The notes below the pieces were generated by a model. That model was not told where the DNA came from. It ran no database searches and worked only from the letters and a program-made list of their open reading frames with translations. A DNA stretch of 64,000 nt from the NCBI GenBank assembly GCA_000146465.1, contig CP001946.1; one strand, written 5' to 3'. Positions within the stretch are counted from its first letter, which is position 1. Each line of letters starts with the position of its first letter. The position numbers were made by a program, and so were the translations under genes. Below are positions 19,813-28,702 of the stretch, piece by piece.

Positions 19813-20772
19813 TTAGACTGTCTCTCTAAGGACTTTAGATATGGTCTGTTGAAAATCCGAAGGTCCATCGATGGCTTGTAATATGCGAGACGAAACATTA
19901 ATAATATTGCAATCCTTTGTGATTAATTCTCCATTCCAGCCTATCTCCTTTGCCTTAACAACATTACTATTGGAGTCATCGAAGAAGTAAACATTTCTAG
20001 GTACTTCTATTCCCAGAGCCTTTGTCACAAATTCATAGGATTTATAGTGCGGCTTGCAGCAGAAGGTTGTGTCATACTTTCCTATACATATCACAACCTC
20101 AAAACAATCTAAAATTCCTATCTTTGCAAGAATATTTTCTGCTCTGTCTCTAGGCCCATTTGTAAAGCAGCACCTTCTGACATTCTTCATGGAAAGGAGA
20201 AACTCCCTCAAGCTTGGATCTGGAGAAAGATATTGAAGATAATCAAATTCCGAAAGCATCTTCCAGTACTCCTCAAGGGAAATTCCCACATACTTGTAAA
20301 AAAGAAATGAATACAGTAATGATATGGCTAGGTGCTCTTCAAACATCTCCTCGGTTCCTCCTTCCTTCAGGGAAATATACTTCTCCATAAGAAATTTCTT
20401 CTCCATTTCCTGGAGGTTATTTGATGGATGATAAAGAGTGTCATCTATGTCGTACAAGAACAGAGTATCGCTTCCTATCTTTTTGAGCTTGATATCCAAA
20501 AGAGATAGATCCTGCCCCATCTCAATGAAAACAGGACTTTGAAAAGGTTTCTCATCCCGAAAGTCCTTGGAACTTGGTAGGCTATCTTCTAAGTGTTGTT
20601 TCTCCTCTTCCATAGGAAACGACATTTTCTCAGACTTCTTTGCAAGTTTGGTCGGGATCTTTCCTTTATCACAAGAACTGGACATTAACCTTTTGGCCTT
20701 GCTCTCAGCTTTCTTTATCCCGCTAGAAAAAACCTTGAAAATAGCCTTGACCACATTCCCAATTCCTCTCAT
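19813..20772 (-). CDS. HAD-superfamily hydrolase, Sdt1/pyrimidine 5-prime-nucleotidase-like
   Basis: HAD motif I is LFLYDIDDTLY (DxDxT). A downstream motif II/III region (FTNGPRDRAENIL...YFFDDSNSNV) is present. Possible later in-frame ATGs. ATG verified at 20770-20772. Confidence 0.75.
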   Translation of the reverse strand: MRGIGNVVKAIFKVFSSGIKKAESKAKRLMSSSCDKGKIPTKLAKKSEKMSFPMEEEKQHLEDSLPSSKDFRDEKPFQSPVFIEMGQDLSLLDIKLKKIGSDTLFLYDIDDTLYHPSNNLQEMEKKFLMEKYISLKEGGTEEMFEEHLAISLLYSFLFYKYVGISLEEYWKMLSEFDYLQYLSPDPSLREFLLSMKNVRRCCFTNGPRDRAENILAKIGILDCFEVVICIGKYDTTFCCKPHYKSYEFVTKALGIEVPRNVYFFDDSNSNVVKAKEIGWNGELITKDCNIINVSSRILQAIDGPSDFQQTISKVLRETV

Positions 20773-20852
20773 CGGGGTAAGTAAAGTTGTTTTAGCTGTA
20801 CTAAAATTTTTCTTAGAAACATATAAAAATAACTCACAAGGGAGATCTTTAT

Positions 20853-21443
20853 TTACTCCTGGCCGTGGTCGACAGGCTTGGTCGGCATCTTGGAGGAGAG
20901 ACTAGACTCATTCTTTTCTCCATTTACAACTGTAGAGTCAATGGTAGAGAACCCCGAGTCCGAAACATCTTCCATATGGGAGTTGTTGGGGGACATCTTA
21001 GAGATGCCTTCTTCGTTCTTTATCCCGAGGATTTCCTCTTCCATCTCTTCAGTCCCACGCCCTCGGTAGTTTTTTTGAGCCTTTTCGTAGTACTCGTTGA
21101 AATACCTGAATATTGCAGACCTTGTTCTCTCAACTATTTCCTCGAGATCTCCTTGGTACTTCTCCATAAACCCACGAATATAGAACTTGTAAACAAACAC
21201 TGCGCCAGTACAGGCAGGTATGGATATCCATGCAACCACTATAAGCTTGAACAGCTGGTAGAAAGGTATGAAGTCAAGCACGAATGAAAACAAATTGTCT
21301 AGAACAAGAAACACGGCAATAACCATGAAATACTTATTGTATCTCTTATAAACCCTTTTATCTTCTCTGCATGCTCTGAATGACTGAAGAACATTGTAAA
21401 GAACCAACATTGCCACAAAAGCATTAACAAGAAAGCTTATCAT
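20853..21443 (-). CDS. TB2/DP1/HVA22 family ER-shaping protein (Yop1/REEP-like)
   Basis: Two hairpin TM segments plus the conserved block VLDNLFSFVLDFIPFYQLFKLIVVAWISIPACTGAVFVYKFYIRGF. Acidic/Ser-rich C-terminal tail. Confidence 0.75.
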   Translation of the reverse strand: MISFLVNAFVAMLVLYNVLQSFRACREDKRVYKRYNKYFMVIAVFLVLDNLFSFVLDFIPFYQLFKLIVVAWISIPACTGAVFVYKFYIRGFMEKYQGDLEEIVERTRSAIFRYFNEYYEKAQKNYRGRGTEEMEEEILGIKNEEGISKMSPNNSHMEDVSDSGFSTIDSTVVNGEKNESSLSSKMPTKPVDHGQE

Positions 21444-21857
21444 TTCAGGGTTCCTTCCTTTCTATTTTAAAAACAAAGAACCACAGAAAGAAAAGTTCCC
21501 TTTCAGGGAGCTAAAGAGGTCTTTTTAAGCCTGATTGGCAGTATTGCCCGGATTCTCTGATTGGTTTAAGCCAAATCAAACATCACACAGATTCTTCCGC
21601 CAAAGAATTCAATAGGGCCATTCACAAAGACAAAAACAAGATCACCTAGGAACTATACCTGATAGATGAACAACAGAAAGAAATTTGAGGAAATAAAGCA
21701 GCAGCTTGAGTCCTTTCTTACTCCAAAACATCTTAGGAACGAGTTTCCCCAAGAGAAGGGATGGATGATGCCCGAAAACTCCCCATACAAGAACGAGTAC
21801 AGAAAAGAAGGCTGAGCACAGTAGTCTTTTAGTAAACATATTGTAAGTGATCTTTAA

Positions 21858-23525
21858 TCAGATGTTCAATCCTTTCTTATACTCAAGGATGCTTCCATAG
21901 AACCTCTTGATGTTTCTATTTTCGCAAACATATATTTCCTTAAAGACCGAGTCAATGAAGCTTAAGTCATGACTGACACAAACAACAGCTCCTTCAAACC
22001 TTCGGAGTGCTTCTGCCAGTGCATCTATGGATTCCATGTCAAGGTGGTTTGTGGGCTCGTCCAGAACTAGAAGGTTTGGCCTTAGCCCATTGATGATTGC
22101 AAACCCTAGCCTACTCTTTTGTCCTCCCGAGAGCGTTCCAATACATTGGTTGTCAACATTTAATCCGAAAGAGGCAAGGACCCGTCTACTCTCTTCTTGG
22201 CCATAAGACTTCATCATAAAGTCTAGCACGTTTTCATTGATCTTTAGTTGATCTACATGGTGCTGAGCAAAGTATCCAACTCTCAAAGAAGGACTTCTTA
22301 TAAGATTCCCCTCTGTGGCCTCTATCTTTCCAGCTAAGAGCTTGAGAAATGTACTTTTCCCTTGTCCATTGGCTCCAACCACCACTATTCTGGAGTTGGA
22401 CATGATTCTTATGTCAAGACCCTGAAGAGTCTTTCCAAGACCATAAGAAAATCCAACCCCAGACATCTCAAGCAATATGCCCTGGGATGGAGTAGAAGAA
22501 AACGAAAACTTGATGATGGGATCTTGCTTAGGAGGAACAAGTGTTGGCATTTTTGCAAGTGCCTTTATCTTACTCTGCACAAGAGATGCCCTTTTAGCAT
22601 TGTATCTAAACCTATCAATGAAAGTCTGCATGTGTTCCCTAACTGTAAGCTGGTTTTCATACTCTCTTTTGGCTGCTGTCATCCTCTCCTTTCTTTGCCT
22701 CACGAAGTTCTCATAGTTCCCCTTGTACATATCAATCTTCAAGTCGTTAAGATGAAGTATCATCTCTGTGGTACTGTTAAGAAAATTCCTGTCATGGGAC
22801 ACAATAATAACCGTCTTCAATTCTTTCACCTTTTTTTCTAGCCAGCTTAAAGCATTGATGTCAAGGTAATTGGTAGGCTCATCAAGTAACAGCAAATCCG
22901 GGTTCATATTTATCGCCTTCGCCAGATGTGCACGCATTCTCCATCCCCCACTCAAATCATTCATCTTCTTCCCAACCATATCTTTTGTAAATCCTAATCC
23001 ATTTAGTGTTCGCCCGGCCTCAGCCCCAACAAATTCTTCCACTGTTCCTTCAGAGAGCAGATCTTGCCTTATCATATAAATCTTCATTCCTCTTGGAATC
23101 CCAAACTTTCTTTTTCTAATTGCCTTCAAAAGTGTTGTCTTTCCTATTCCATTCCTCCCTACAAGACCGTACTTCCTTCCTTTGATAATGGTAAGAGGCG
23201 TCTCCCGGACAATCTCCTTCCCTCGTACAAAGAGGTCAATATTCAAATGGAGATCTCCTTCAAACTCCTCGGAGTCTGTGTCTTCCCCTGATGAGGATGA
23301 CTCCAATAGATATTCCTCTTCTGCTATTGTGTCAGGTATTGCCTCTTCCTTTCTGCTTTCTATCGATCTCATCGAAAATGGTGTTTCCAATGGAATGGGA
23401 TTCCTTCCATAATCCACAGTGTAGGATTCCACCCCCACTGCAATGGCCTCTTCTTTCGACTCAAACGGGAATTTCTCAAGCTTTCCTAAGTACTTGGATT
23501 TCAGAGAAGAGATCTTTCTGTCCAT
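21858..23525 (-). CDS. ABCF-type soluble ABC ATPase (Arb1/Gcn20/ABCF2-like), two NBDs, no TMDs
   Basis: NBD1 has GLVGRNGIGKTT, LSGGWRMRAHLAKAI and LLLLDEPTNYLD. NBD2 has VVVGANGQGKST, LSGGQKSRLGFAII and LLVLDEPTNHLD. Track start is TTG (23631-23633). The first ATG is 23523-23525. Confidence 0.85.
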   Translation of the reverse strand: MDRKISSLKSKYLGKLEKFPFESKEEAIAVGVESYTVDYGRNPIPLETPFSMRSIESRKEEAIPDTIAEEEYLLESSSSGEDTDSEEFEGDLHLNIDLFVRGKEIVRETPLTIIKGRKYGLVGRNGIGKTTLLKAIRKRKFGIPRGMKIYMIRQDLLSEGTVEEFVGAEAGRTLNGLGFTKDMVGKKMNDLSGGWRMRAHLAKAINMNPDLLLLDEPTNYLDINALSWLEKKVKELKTVIIVSHDRNFLNSTTEMILHLNDLKIDMYKGNYENFVRQRKERMTAAKREYENQLTVREHMQTFIDRFRYNAKRASLVQSKIKALAKMPTLVPPKQDPIIKFSFSSTPSQGILLEMSGVGFSYGLGKTLQGLDIRIMSNSRIVVVGANGQGKSTFLKLLAGKIEATEGNLIRSPSLRVGYFAQHHVDQLKINENVLDFMMKSYGQEESRRVLASFGLNVDNQCIGTLSGGQKSRLGFAIINGLRPNLLVLDEPTNHLDMESIDALAEALRRFEGAVVCVSHDLSFIDSVFKEIYVCENRNIKRFYGSILEYKKGLNI

Positions 23526-23642
23526 CCGACCGTAGCGTGGGTCATAAGGCCAGAAGAATTCAAGTCTTCTTCCTGAATAAAGACCGGGGTGGGTCGAAAA
23601 CGCCTGAGTAAATAATAGAAAGAGATTTACCAAATACCACTA

Positions 23643-24338
23643 TTAACTAACAAGACGCTCCATCAGATTGCAACAGTGGGGTAGAATCCAGAAGTCAAAG
23701 AGATGGCCTTTGTCTTCTCCCTCAATCAGAATTCTTCTAATGGCCTTCTTTTTCTTTTCAAATTTCTGGCCTGTATAAACAATTTTGTTGTTGTTCACAA
23801 ACTTAACATACTCCGAGGCAAGAAATTCTTCTTTGAATTTTTCTGTCCATTCTGTGATATTTTGATTTTGATTTGTCTTTGTTGAATTGCAGGCATCAAG
23901 AATAGAGAGAAGCTTTGCCCACCAAGCTTTCTTATCGCTATTAAAAGGACTGCTGATATCATATAGTTGGGAAAAAATTTCTTTGAACTCTTGTCCAATA
24001 TACAAGTTAAATTCCCTCAGGCTTGCTTTTCCTATCTCCTTCTCGATCAGCTTGTGTGCATCGATATACCATAAGCACACCTGCATCTCAAGCCCCTCAA
24101 GATCGTTCCGTATCTTGGATAGAATTTCTGTCATTTCCTGAGCAAACTCAGGTGTGTCTTCTCCCTTAATGTTCTCTAGGATGTTGTTGTTCAAGATGAA
24201 AAAAGAAAACTCGTTCGAATGTACTAAGGCCGATGCCTTCCAGGCCATCTCCAACAAATTCACAAGAATGAGAATCTTGGGCTCTTTGGTATAAGCAACA
24301 CATCGGAGAATAAGATTAAGGCGTGATTTTTCACTCAT
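23643..24338 (-). CDS. hypothetical protein (231 aa)
   Basis: ATG 24336-24338 overlaps the stop of the upstream primase gene (TCAT on + strand, i.e. ATGA overlap). No family recognised. Confidence 0.5.
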   Translation of the reverse strand: MSEKSRLNLILRCVAYTKEPKILILVNLLEMAWKASALVHSNEFSFFILNNNILENIKGEDTPEFAQEMTEILSKIRNDLEGLEMQVCLWYIDAHKLIEKEIGKASLREFNLYIGQEFKEIFSQLYDISSPFNSDKKAWWAKLLSILDACNSTKTNQNQNITEWTEKFKEEFLASEYVKFVNNNKIVYTGQKFEKKKKAIRRILIEGEDKGHLFDFWILPHCCNLMERLVS

Positions 24339-25576
24339 TTGTTAGGGCTTTTTACAATATCTCTTGAATCTCTCGGGCTGTCTTCCCCATCATTTCTATC
24401 AATACTTCTACATTCAATATAATATCTAATAGGAGTTACAACCAACTTGTCTTGTTTCCGTTGGACCAACTTTTCAAGAAACCTTGTGCATCTCCCGCTA
24501 AAAGTTCCCACACCCATTATATCTTCAATATCAACCTCTAATCCTTCAATCTGACTCCGAAGATACTCCCCGTCCTCAACAAAAGGACAATTGCTTTTTC
24601 TCTCCTCATTCGTTGTGTTTGCTATCTTCGAGCAGGTGAAGCAGGTGTAGTTCGCCCTTTTTCCTTCAAGACCATAGTTGTGCCTAATTGAATATAGATA
24701 TTCTTTATCAAAGACTTCTTTTCCTGCCTTGAACGATCTTCGAAAAAAATCTATTCCATCTTCAACACTCATGCCACAGTCCTTTAGGAAGAGACATAAT
24801 GTTTGTCTGTCGTTGTATTTAAGATGTCTATTCTTTCTCAGCCTTTGCATTATGGCCTTAATACATAGCGGAAAGTATTTCTCGGCGTCCTCTAATGAAA
24901 ACACAGTGTTCTTCTCACATGTTGTAGGATTCAGAAGTAATTTTGTGGCAAGGCTTTTCATCCTTTCGTCTGGATTTCTTAAAAACATCTCCACCAGCTC
25001 ATTCATCTTTCCTTCCAAGTACCTTCTGAACTCATTACCAAGTAGTGATCGGATCCCCTCGTCATTCAGCTTGAGATATCCTCCCTCAGGTATAACTATT
25101 CTTCTTCCAACCATATCAATCACCTTTGTAAAGTGGACGAGAACCTCAGAGCTCATCATCCCAATTGCACAATCTGGATTGTATTTTGCTTTCATTCCAA
25201 GCACCAAGACCCCATTCCGAATCTCGGCTCCATCCATGTAAGGCAACACCTCTGTAAGGAAAAACTCCTTTGCACCCTCCGGATTTTTGGCCATTCTTAA
25301 CCGCAGTAAATTCACTTCTGCATTTACAAACCAAGTAGCTGCCCACGGATCTTGAGAACACACCATTCTACAGAAAAAGTGGGAGAGAGTATCATCTTCC
25401 GTGTCCATCTCAAAGCATCTGGAAACCGAAGGATTTACTTCTTCGCGCTTCAGAATTTCTATTCTTCTTTCTGCACACTTCCTGAACGTTTCGTAGTCTA
25501 CTGAACTCTTGGAAAGCATAGTATAAAATTTAATTCCAGGCAATTCGTCTCCCTTTGCAGCCTTTATTCTCTTCAT
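24335..25576 (-). CDS. PRI2: DNA primase large subunit (PriL/Pri2)
   Basis: Conserved PriL block RQTLCLFLKDCGMSVEDGIDFFRRSF...KEYLYSIRHNYGLEGKRANYTCFTCSKI, including the Fe-S cluster cysteines. The N-terminal helical domain is present. Confidence 0.85.
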   Translation of the reverse strand: MKRIKAAKGDELPGIKFYTMLSKSSVDYETFRKCAERRIEILKREEVNPSVSRCFEMDTEDDTLSHFFCRMVCSQDPWAATWFVNAEVNLLRLRMAKNPEGAKEFFLTEVLPYMDGAEIRNGVLVLGMKAKYNPDCAIGMMSSEVLVHFTKVIDMVGRRIVIPEGGYLKLNDEGIRSLLGNEFRRYLEGKMNELVEMFLRNPDERMKSLATKLLLNPTTCEKNTVFSLEDAEKYFPLCIKAIMQRLRKNRHLKYNDRQTLCLFLKDCGMSVEDGIDFFRRSFKAGKEVFDKEYLYSIRHNYGLEGKRANYTCFTCSKIANTTNEERKSNCPFVEDGEYLRSQIEGLEVDIEDIMGVGTFSGRCTRFLEKLVQRKQDKLVVTPIRYYIECRSIDRNDGEDSPRDSRDIVKSPNK

Positions 25577-25624
25577 CCTTCCTAACCCTAGGAAACCGGG
25601 AAATATTTCCTATTCCGAAGATCT

Positions 25625-26326
25625 CTATTTTCTCCGTGCTACCTTTAGAATAGACATAAGAACAAGTACAACAGAAAGAAGTAACATAAAATACATAATC
25701 TTGTCCTTCATCCGGCGATGAGAGGCGGGTATCTTCTCCAGCTCGCAGTTGGCTCCCTCAAGGTAAAAGTTTACCGACTCGAGATAGAAGTCTAATCTAT
25801 CTATTTGAAGTGTTTGTTGCCCAACGGCCATTTTCATGTCTAAGAGAACGGAGGTGAGATCATAAATCGACTTCCTTAAATCCTTTACATTTTCAAGGAG
25901 CATTCTACTTCCCTCGTTCTCCTCATCTTCCTCCTCTATCTCTTCATAGATGTCTATGTTTTTTAGGAATTTCTGTTGTAGCCCTCTATAGTCATGGACT
26001 ATCGACTTCAGCTGTCCAACAAAATAACCATACATGCACTCTGTCAGAGTTTTCGAAGGAGAGATTTCTCGGATCCCCTCGATGTTTTTCTCTGCATTAT
26101 GGATATGTTCGACTATACATCTCTTGATATCCTCGATCTCTTCTTTCTTTTTCCTTTTTGGCGAAAACGAAGGCATACAATGTTTTTCCTGCACGATACC
26201 TAGTCTGCAGATACTTTTCCTTACGTCTTCCAAAAACACTCGAAGCCCGGATGTCGAAAGCGGATTAAACCTGACATCCTTTCTTTTTGTAAATTTTTTA
26301 TATTCCAGGGTTCTATTCACAAGCAT
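25625..26326 (-). CDS. syntaxin-family t-SNARE (Qa-SNARE) with C-terminal TM anchor
   Basis: SNARE heptad region with Q at the zero layer (MKMAVGQQTLQIDRLDFYLE). Tail anchor IMYFMLLLSVVLVLMSILKV followed by basic residues. Confidence 0.7.
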   Translation of the reverse strand: MLVNRTLEYKKFTKRKDVRFNPLSTSGLRVFLEDVRKSICRLGIVQEKHCMPSFSPKRKKKEEIEDIKRCIVEHIHNAEKNIEGIREISPSKTLTECMYGYFVGQLKSIVHDYRGLQQKFLKNIDIYEEIEEEDEENEGSRMLLENVKDLRKSIYDLTSVLLDMKMAVGQQTLQIDRLDFYLESVNFYLEGANCELEKIPASHRRMKDKIMYFMLLLSVVLVLMSILKVARRK

Positions 26327-26427
26327 CTGTGCTCTTTATTTGTCTTAGAGAGGAAGGTGTTATCACTCTTATGAAACAGTGTTTTATTTGATTACTTCCT
26401 TGGAGCATACAGAAATAAAATCCATTT

Positions 26428-26850
26428 TCAGTATCCAGAACATCCTCTACATCCACAGTTGTCGCATCTTATAGCCCTCGCAACGTCGATACTTCTCTCG
26501 GGAACTCTGCATATGCATACATTTCCATGCTTGCTGTCAATGGGCTGGATGCATCGGAGGCAGCATAGGTCTTCATATCCCTCTTTTTTCCAATAACAAA
26601 CTAATTCATGGTCCACAAATCGGTTTAGTGAAAGATATTTGTATAGCTCATTACTTATCTCGCCTTTTTTATCTAAATTATATATGTATCTAGATCTCTG
26701 GTGATGGAGCTGGAAAATCGGCCAATAGTTTTCGGGAGGATTTGTAGCAAGAGGAGCATTCTCCGCTTTTCTCATTTCTGTCTCTATTTTCTCTAGGAAA
26801 GCCTTTACTTTCTCAAACTCCTCTGGTGGATTGATTGGAATTCTTGTCAT
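26428..26850 (-). CDS. BUD31: Bud31/G10 spliceosome-associated protein
   Basis: G10 signatures are present: WPIFQLHHQRSRYIY, LYKY, WKKEGYEDLCCLRCIQ and CICRVP, plus the terminal CDNCGCRGC zinc cluster. Confidence 0.9.
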   Translation of the reverse strand: MTRIPINPPEEFEKVKAFLEKIETEMRKAENAPLATNPPENYWPIFQLHHQRSRYIYNLDKKGEISNELYKYLSLNRFVDHELVCYWKKEGYEDLCCLRCIQPIDSKHGNVCICRVPERSIDVARAIRCDNCGCRGCSGY

Positions 26851-26951
26851 TCAACCCAATCCGGGGCTCCACACAATAAATAAAATTGTGCTGCATCCAT
26901 GTGCTTGTCGTCACAGATCTTGTCTTCTTGTTTCAGATTTTTTTGAATAAA

Positions 26952-28685
26952 ATGGATATTTTATTCTTTAAAACAATGCAAGGAAAACTTACAGGGCTAT
27001 TGACTTTGCTGTTAGGATCGATAGGAGCTTCAATAGTTAAGGAAAATACCCTTGGAAGCCCAGACCTTAGAACTTCAGAAGTATTATACTCCAATGGAGC
27101 CTGCAGCACAGAAGTTCCACTGTGCTCGAGGCTTGGAGTCAAAAAACTCATGGAGGGTGGAAATGCAATCGATGCAGCAATCGCATCTGCCATATGTATT
27201 GGAATAATAAACTCTTTCTCGTCGGGAATTGGAGGTGGTGGGTTTGTCCTAATCAAAGGCCCAGATGGAAGCAATATGTTTGATATGATAGACTTTAGGG
27301 AGGTAGCCCCTAAAAGCCTTTCTTCAGACAAACTTGAGGGAATGGGAAGGACAAAGGTAGGAGGTCTGAGTGTTGGAGTTCCTGGAGAAGTCCTTGGGCT
27401 GTACGAGGCACATCAAAAGTACGGAAAACTTCCATGGAAGAACTTATTTCCCGAGAACATAGCAATCGCTAAAGGGTTTCCTGCTAGTAACCAGCTTATA
27501 AAGAGAATCAATAAGTTCAGCAGCTATGTGAGGAGTGATCCGGGACTAAAAGAAGTTTATACAAGAAATGGAGTTCTCCTTAAAGAGGGGGATATAGTTG
27601 TGCGTAAAAACTATGCTAAGACATTGGAGACTATAATGAACAATCCAAAAAGCTTCTACACAGGCGAACTTGCAGACTCGATTGTCAAAGCTGTAAGGGA
27701 AAAAGGAGGACTGATGGAAAAGAAAGACCTTGAGAAGTATCGGATTATCCATAGAGATGTTCTGGAAGGAAGATATCACGACTATAAGGTTTATACCACG
27801 AACCTTCCAACAAGCGGGGCATTGATATTGAGAGCCCTTAACATACTTGAGAAGTATGATCTAAAGAAGCTAAAGGAAGATAGTATAAAAAACGGGAACT
27901 TTAAATATATCCACTTACTAATCGAGGTCTTCAAGTTTGCCATGGCAAGGAGGGGAGAGCTTGGAGATCCTGCATTTCTCCCGGGATGGGAGAGGATAGT
28001 AGAGGAAATAGTCTCGAAAAAGGCAGCAGAAGAGGCTTATAAGAAGATAAACATGGAAAAGATTTTGGACGTAAAAGAGTATGGAATAAAAGCAAGAGGA
28101 GTTGAAGATCATGGAACAACACACATAAATGTTATAGATAAGGAAGGAATGGCAGTGCTTCTTACAAGTACAGTGAATCTTGAATTTGGGGCTCAGTTCA
28201 TGGATCGTAAAACAGGAATAGTGTTCAACAATACCATAGACGACTTCTATGTCTCGTCTTTAGACAACTCCCATGAAAAGCATCCCAATGAAGTAGAAGG
28301 AGGCAAAAGACCGTTCTCCTCTATATCTCCTGTTATTCTACTTAAGGATGACGAGATTCTTACCCTGGGTGCAGCAGGGGGAATAAGGATTCCTACATCC
28401 ATTATCTCTACAATATTCTATCTTTCGACGGGAGAGAATCTGCGAGAAGCCATAATGGAAACAAGGATTCATAACCATCTATCTCCGGACACGACGTTTG
28501 TAGAATACAACAGTCCAAGGAAACTCTGGAAATATCTTAGCGGGGTTGGACATAGAATAGAGAAGTCGCTTCAAAACACTGTTTTCACTTCTGTCCAGGG
28601 AATTTTCCTGAAAAAGATTGGTGGAAATAGAGTTATCCAAGCTGTATCGGATCCTCGGAAAGGAGGAGAAGCCTTTGGGTATTAA
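26952..28685 (+). CDS. gamma-glutamyltranspeptidase (GGT, Ntn-hydrolase) with N-terminal signal peptide/anchor
   Basis: GGNAIDAAIASAICIGIINSFSSGIGGGGFVLI and the autoprocessing/catalytic region HGTTHINVIDKEGMAVLLTSTVNLEFGAQF...TLGAAGG. Track start is TTG 26886. The first ATG is 26952, giving MDILFFKTMQGKLTGLLTLLLGSIGAS. Confidence 0.9.
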   Translation: MDILFFKTMQGKLTGLLTLLLGSIGASIVKENTLGSPDLRTSEVLYSNGACSTEVPLCSRLGVKKLMEGGNAIDAAIASAICIGIINSFSSGIGGGGFVLIKGPDGSNMFDMIDFREVAPKSLSSDKLEGMGRTKVGGLSVGVPGEVLGLYEAHQKYGKLPWKNLFPENIAIAKGFPASNQLIKRINKFSSYVRSDPGLKEVYTRNGVLLKEGDIVVRKNYAKTLETIMNNPKSFYTGELADSIVKAVREKGGLMEKKDLEKYRIIHRDVLEGRYHDYKVYTTNLPTSGALILRALNILEKYDLKKLKEDSIKNGNFKYIHLLIEVFKFAMARRGELGDPAFLPGWERIVEEIVSKKAAEEAYKKINMEKILDVKEYGIKARGVEDHGTTHINVIDKEGMAVLLTSTVNLEFGAQFMDRKTGIVFNNTIDDFYVSSLDNSHEKHPNEVEGGKRPFSSISPVILLKDDEILTLGAAGGIRIPTSIISTIFYLSTGENLREAIMETRIHNHLSPDTTFVEYNSPRKLWKYLSGVGHRIEKSLQNTVFTSVQGIFLKKIGGNRVIQAVSDPRKGGEAFGY

Positions 28686-28702
28686 ATATAAATTTTAAGA
28701 CT

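Noticed and set aside
21444-21660. Possible tRNA or snRNA in the large spacers (21444-21857, 40636-40768, 41468-41616, 61220-61551, 62227-62730).
   Set aside because: I found no cloverleaf with a GTTCGAATC-type T-arm, and no U2 (GGCCTTTTGGCTAAGATCA) or U6 (GATACAGAGAAGATTAGCA) box by eye. I cannot exclude ncRNAs without a covariance-model scan.
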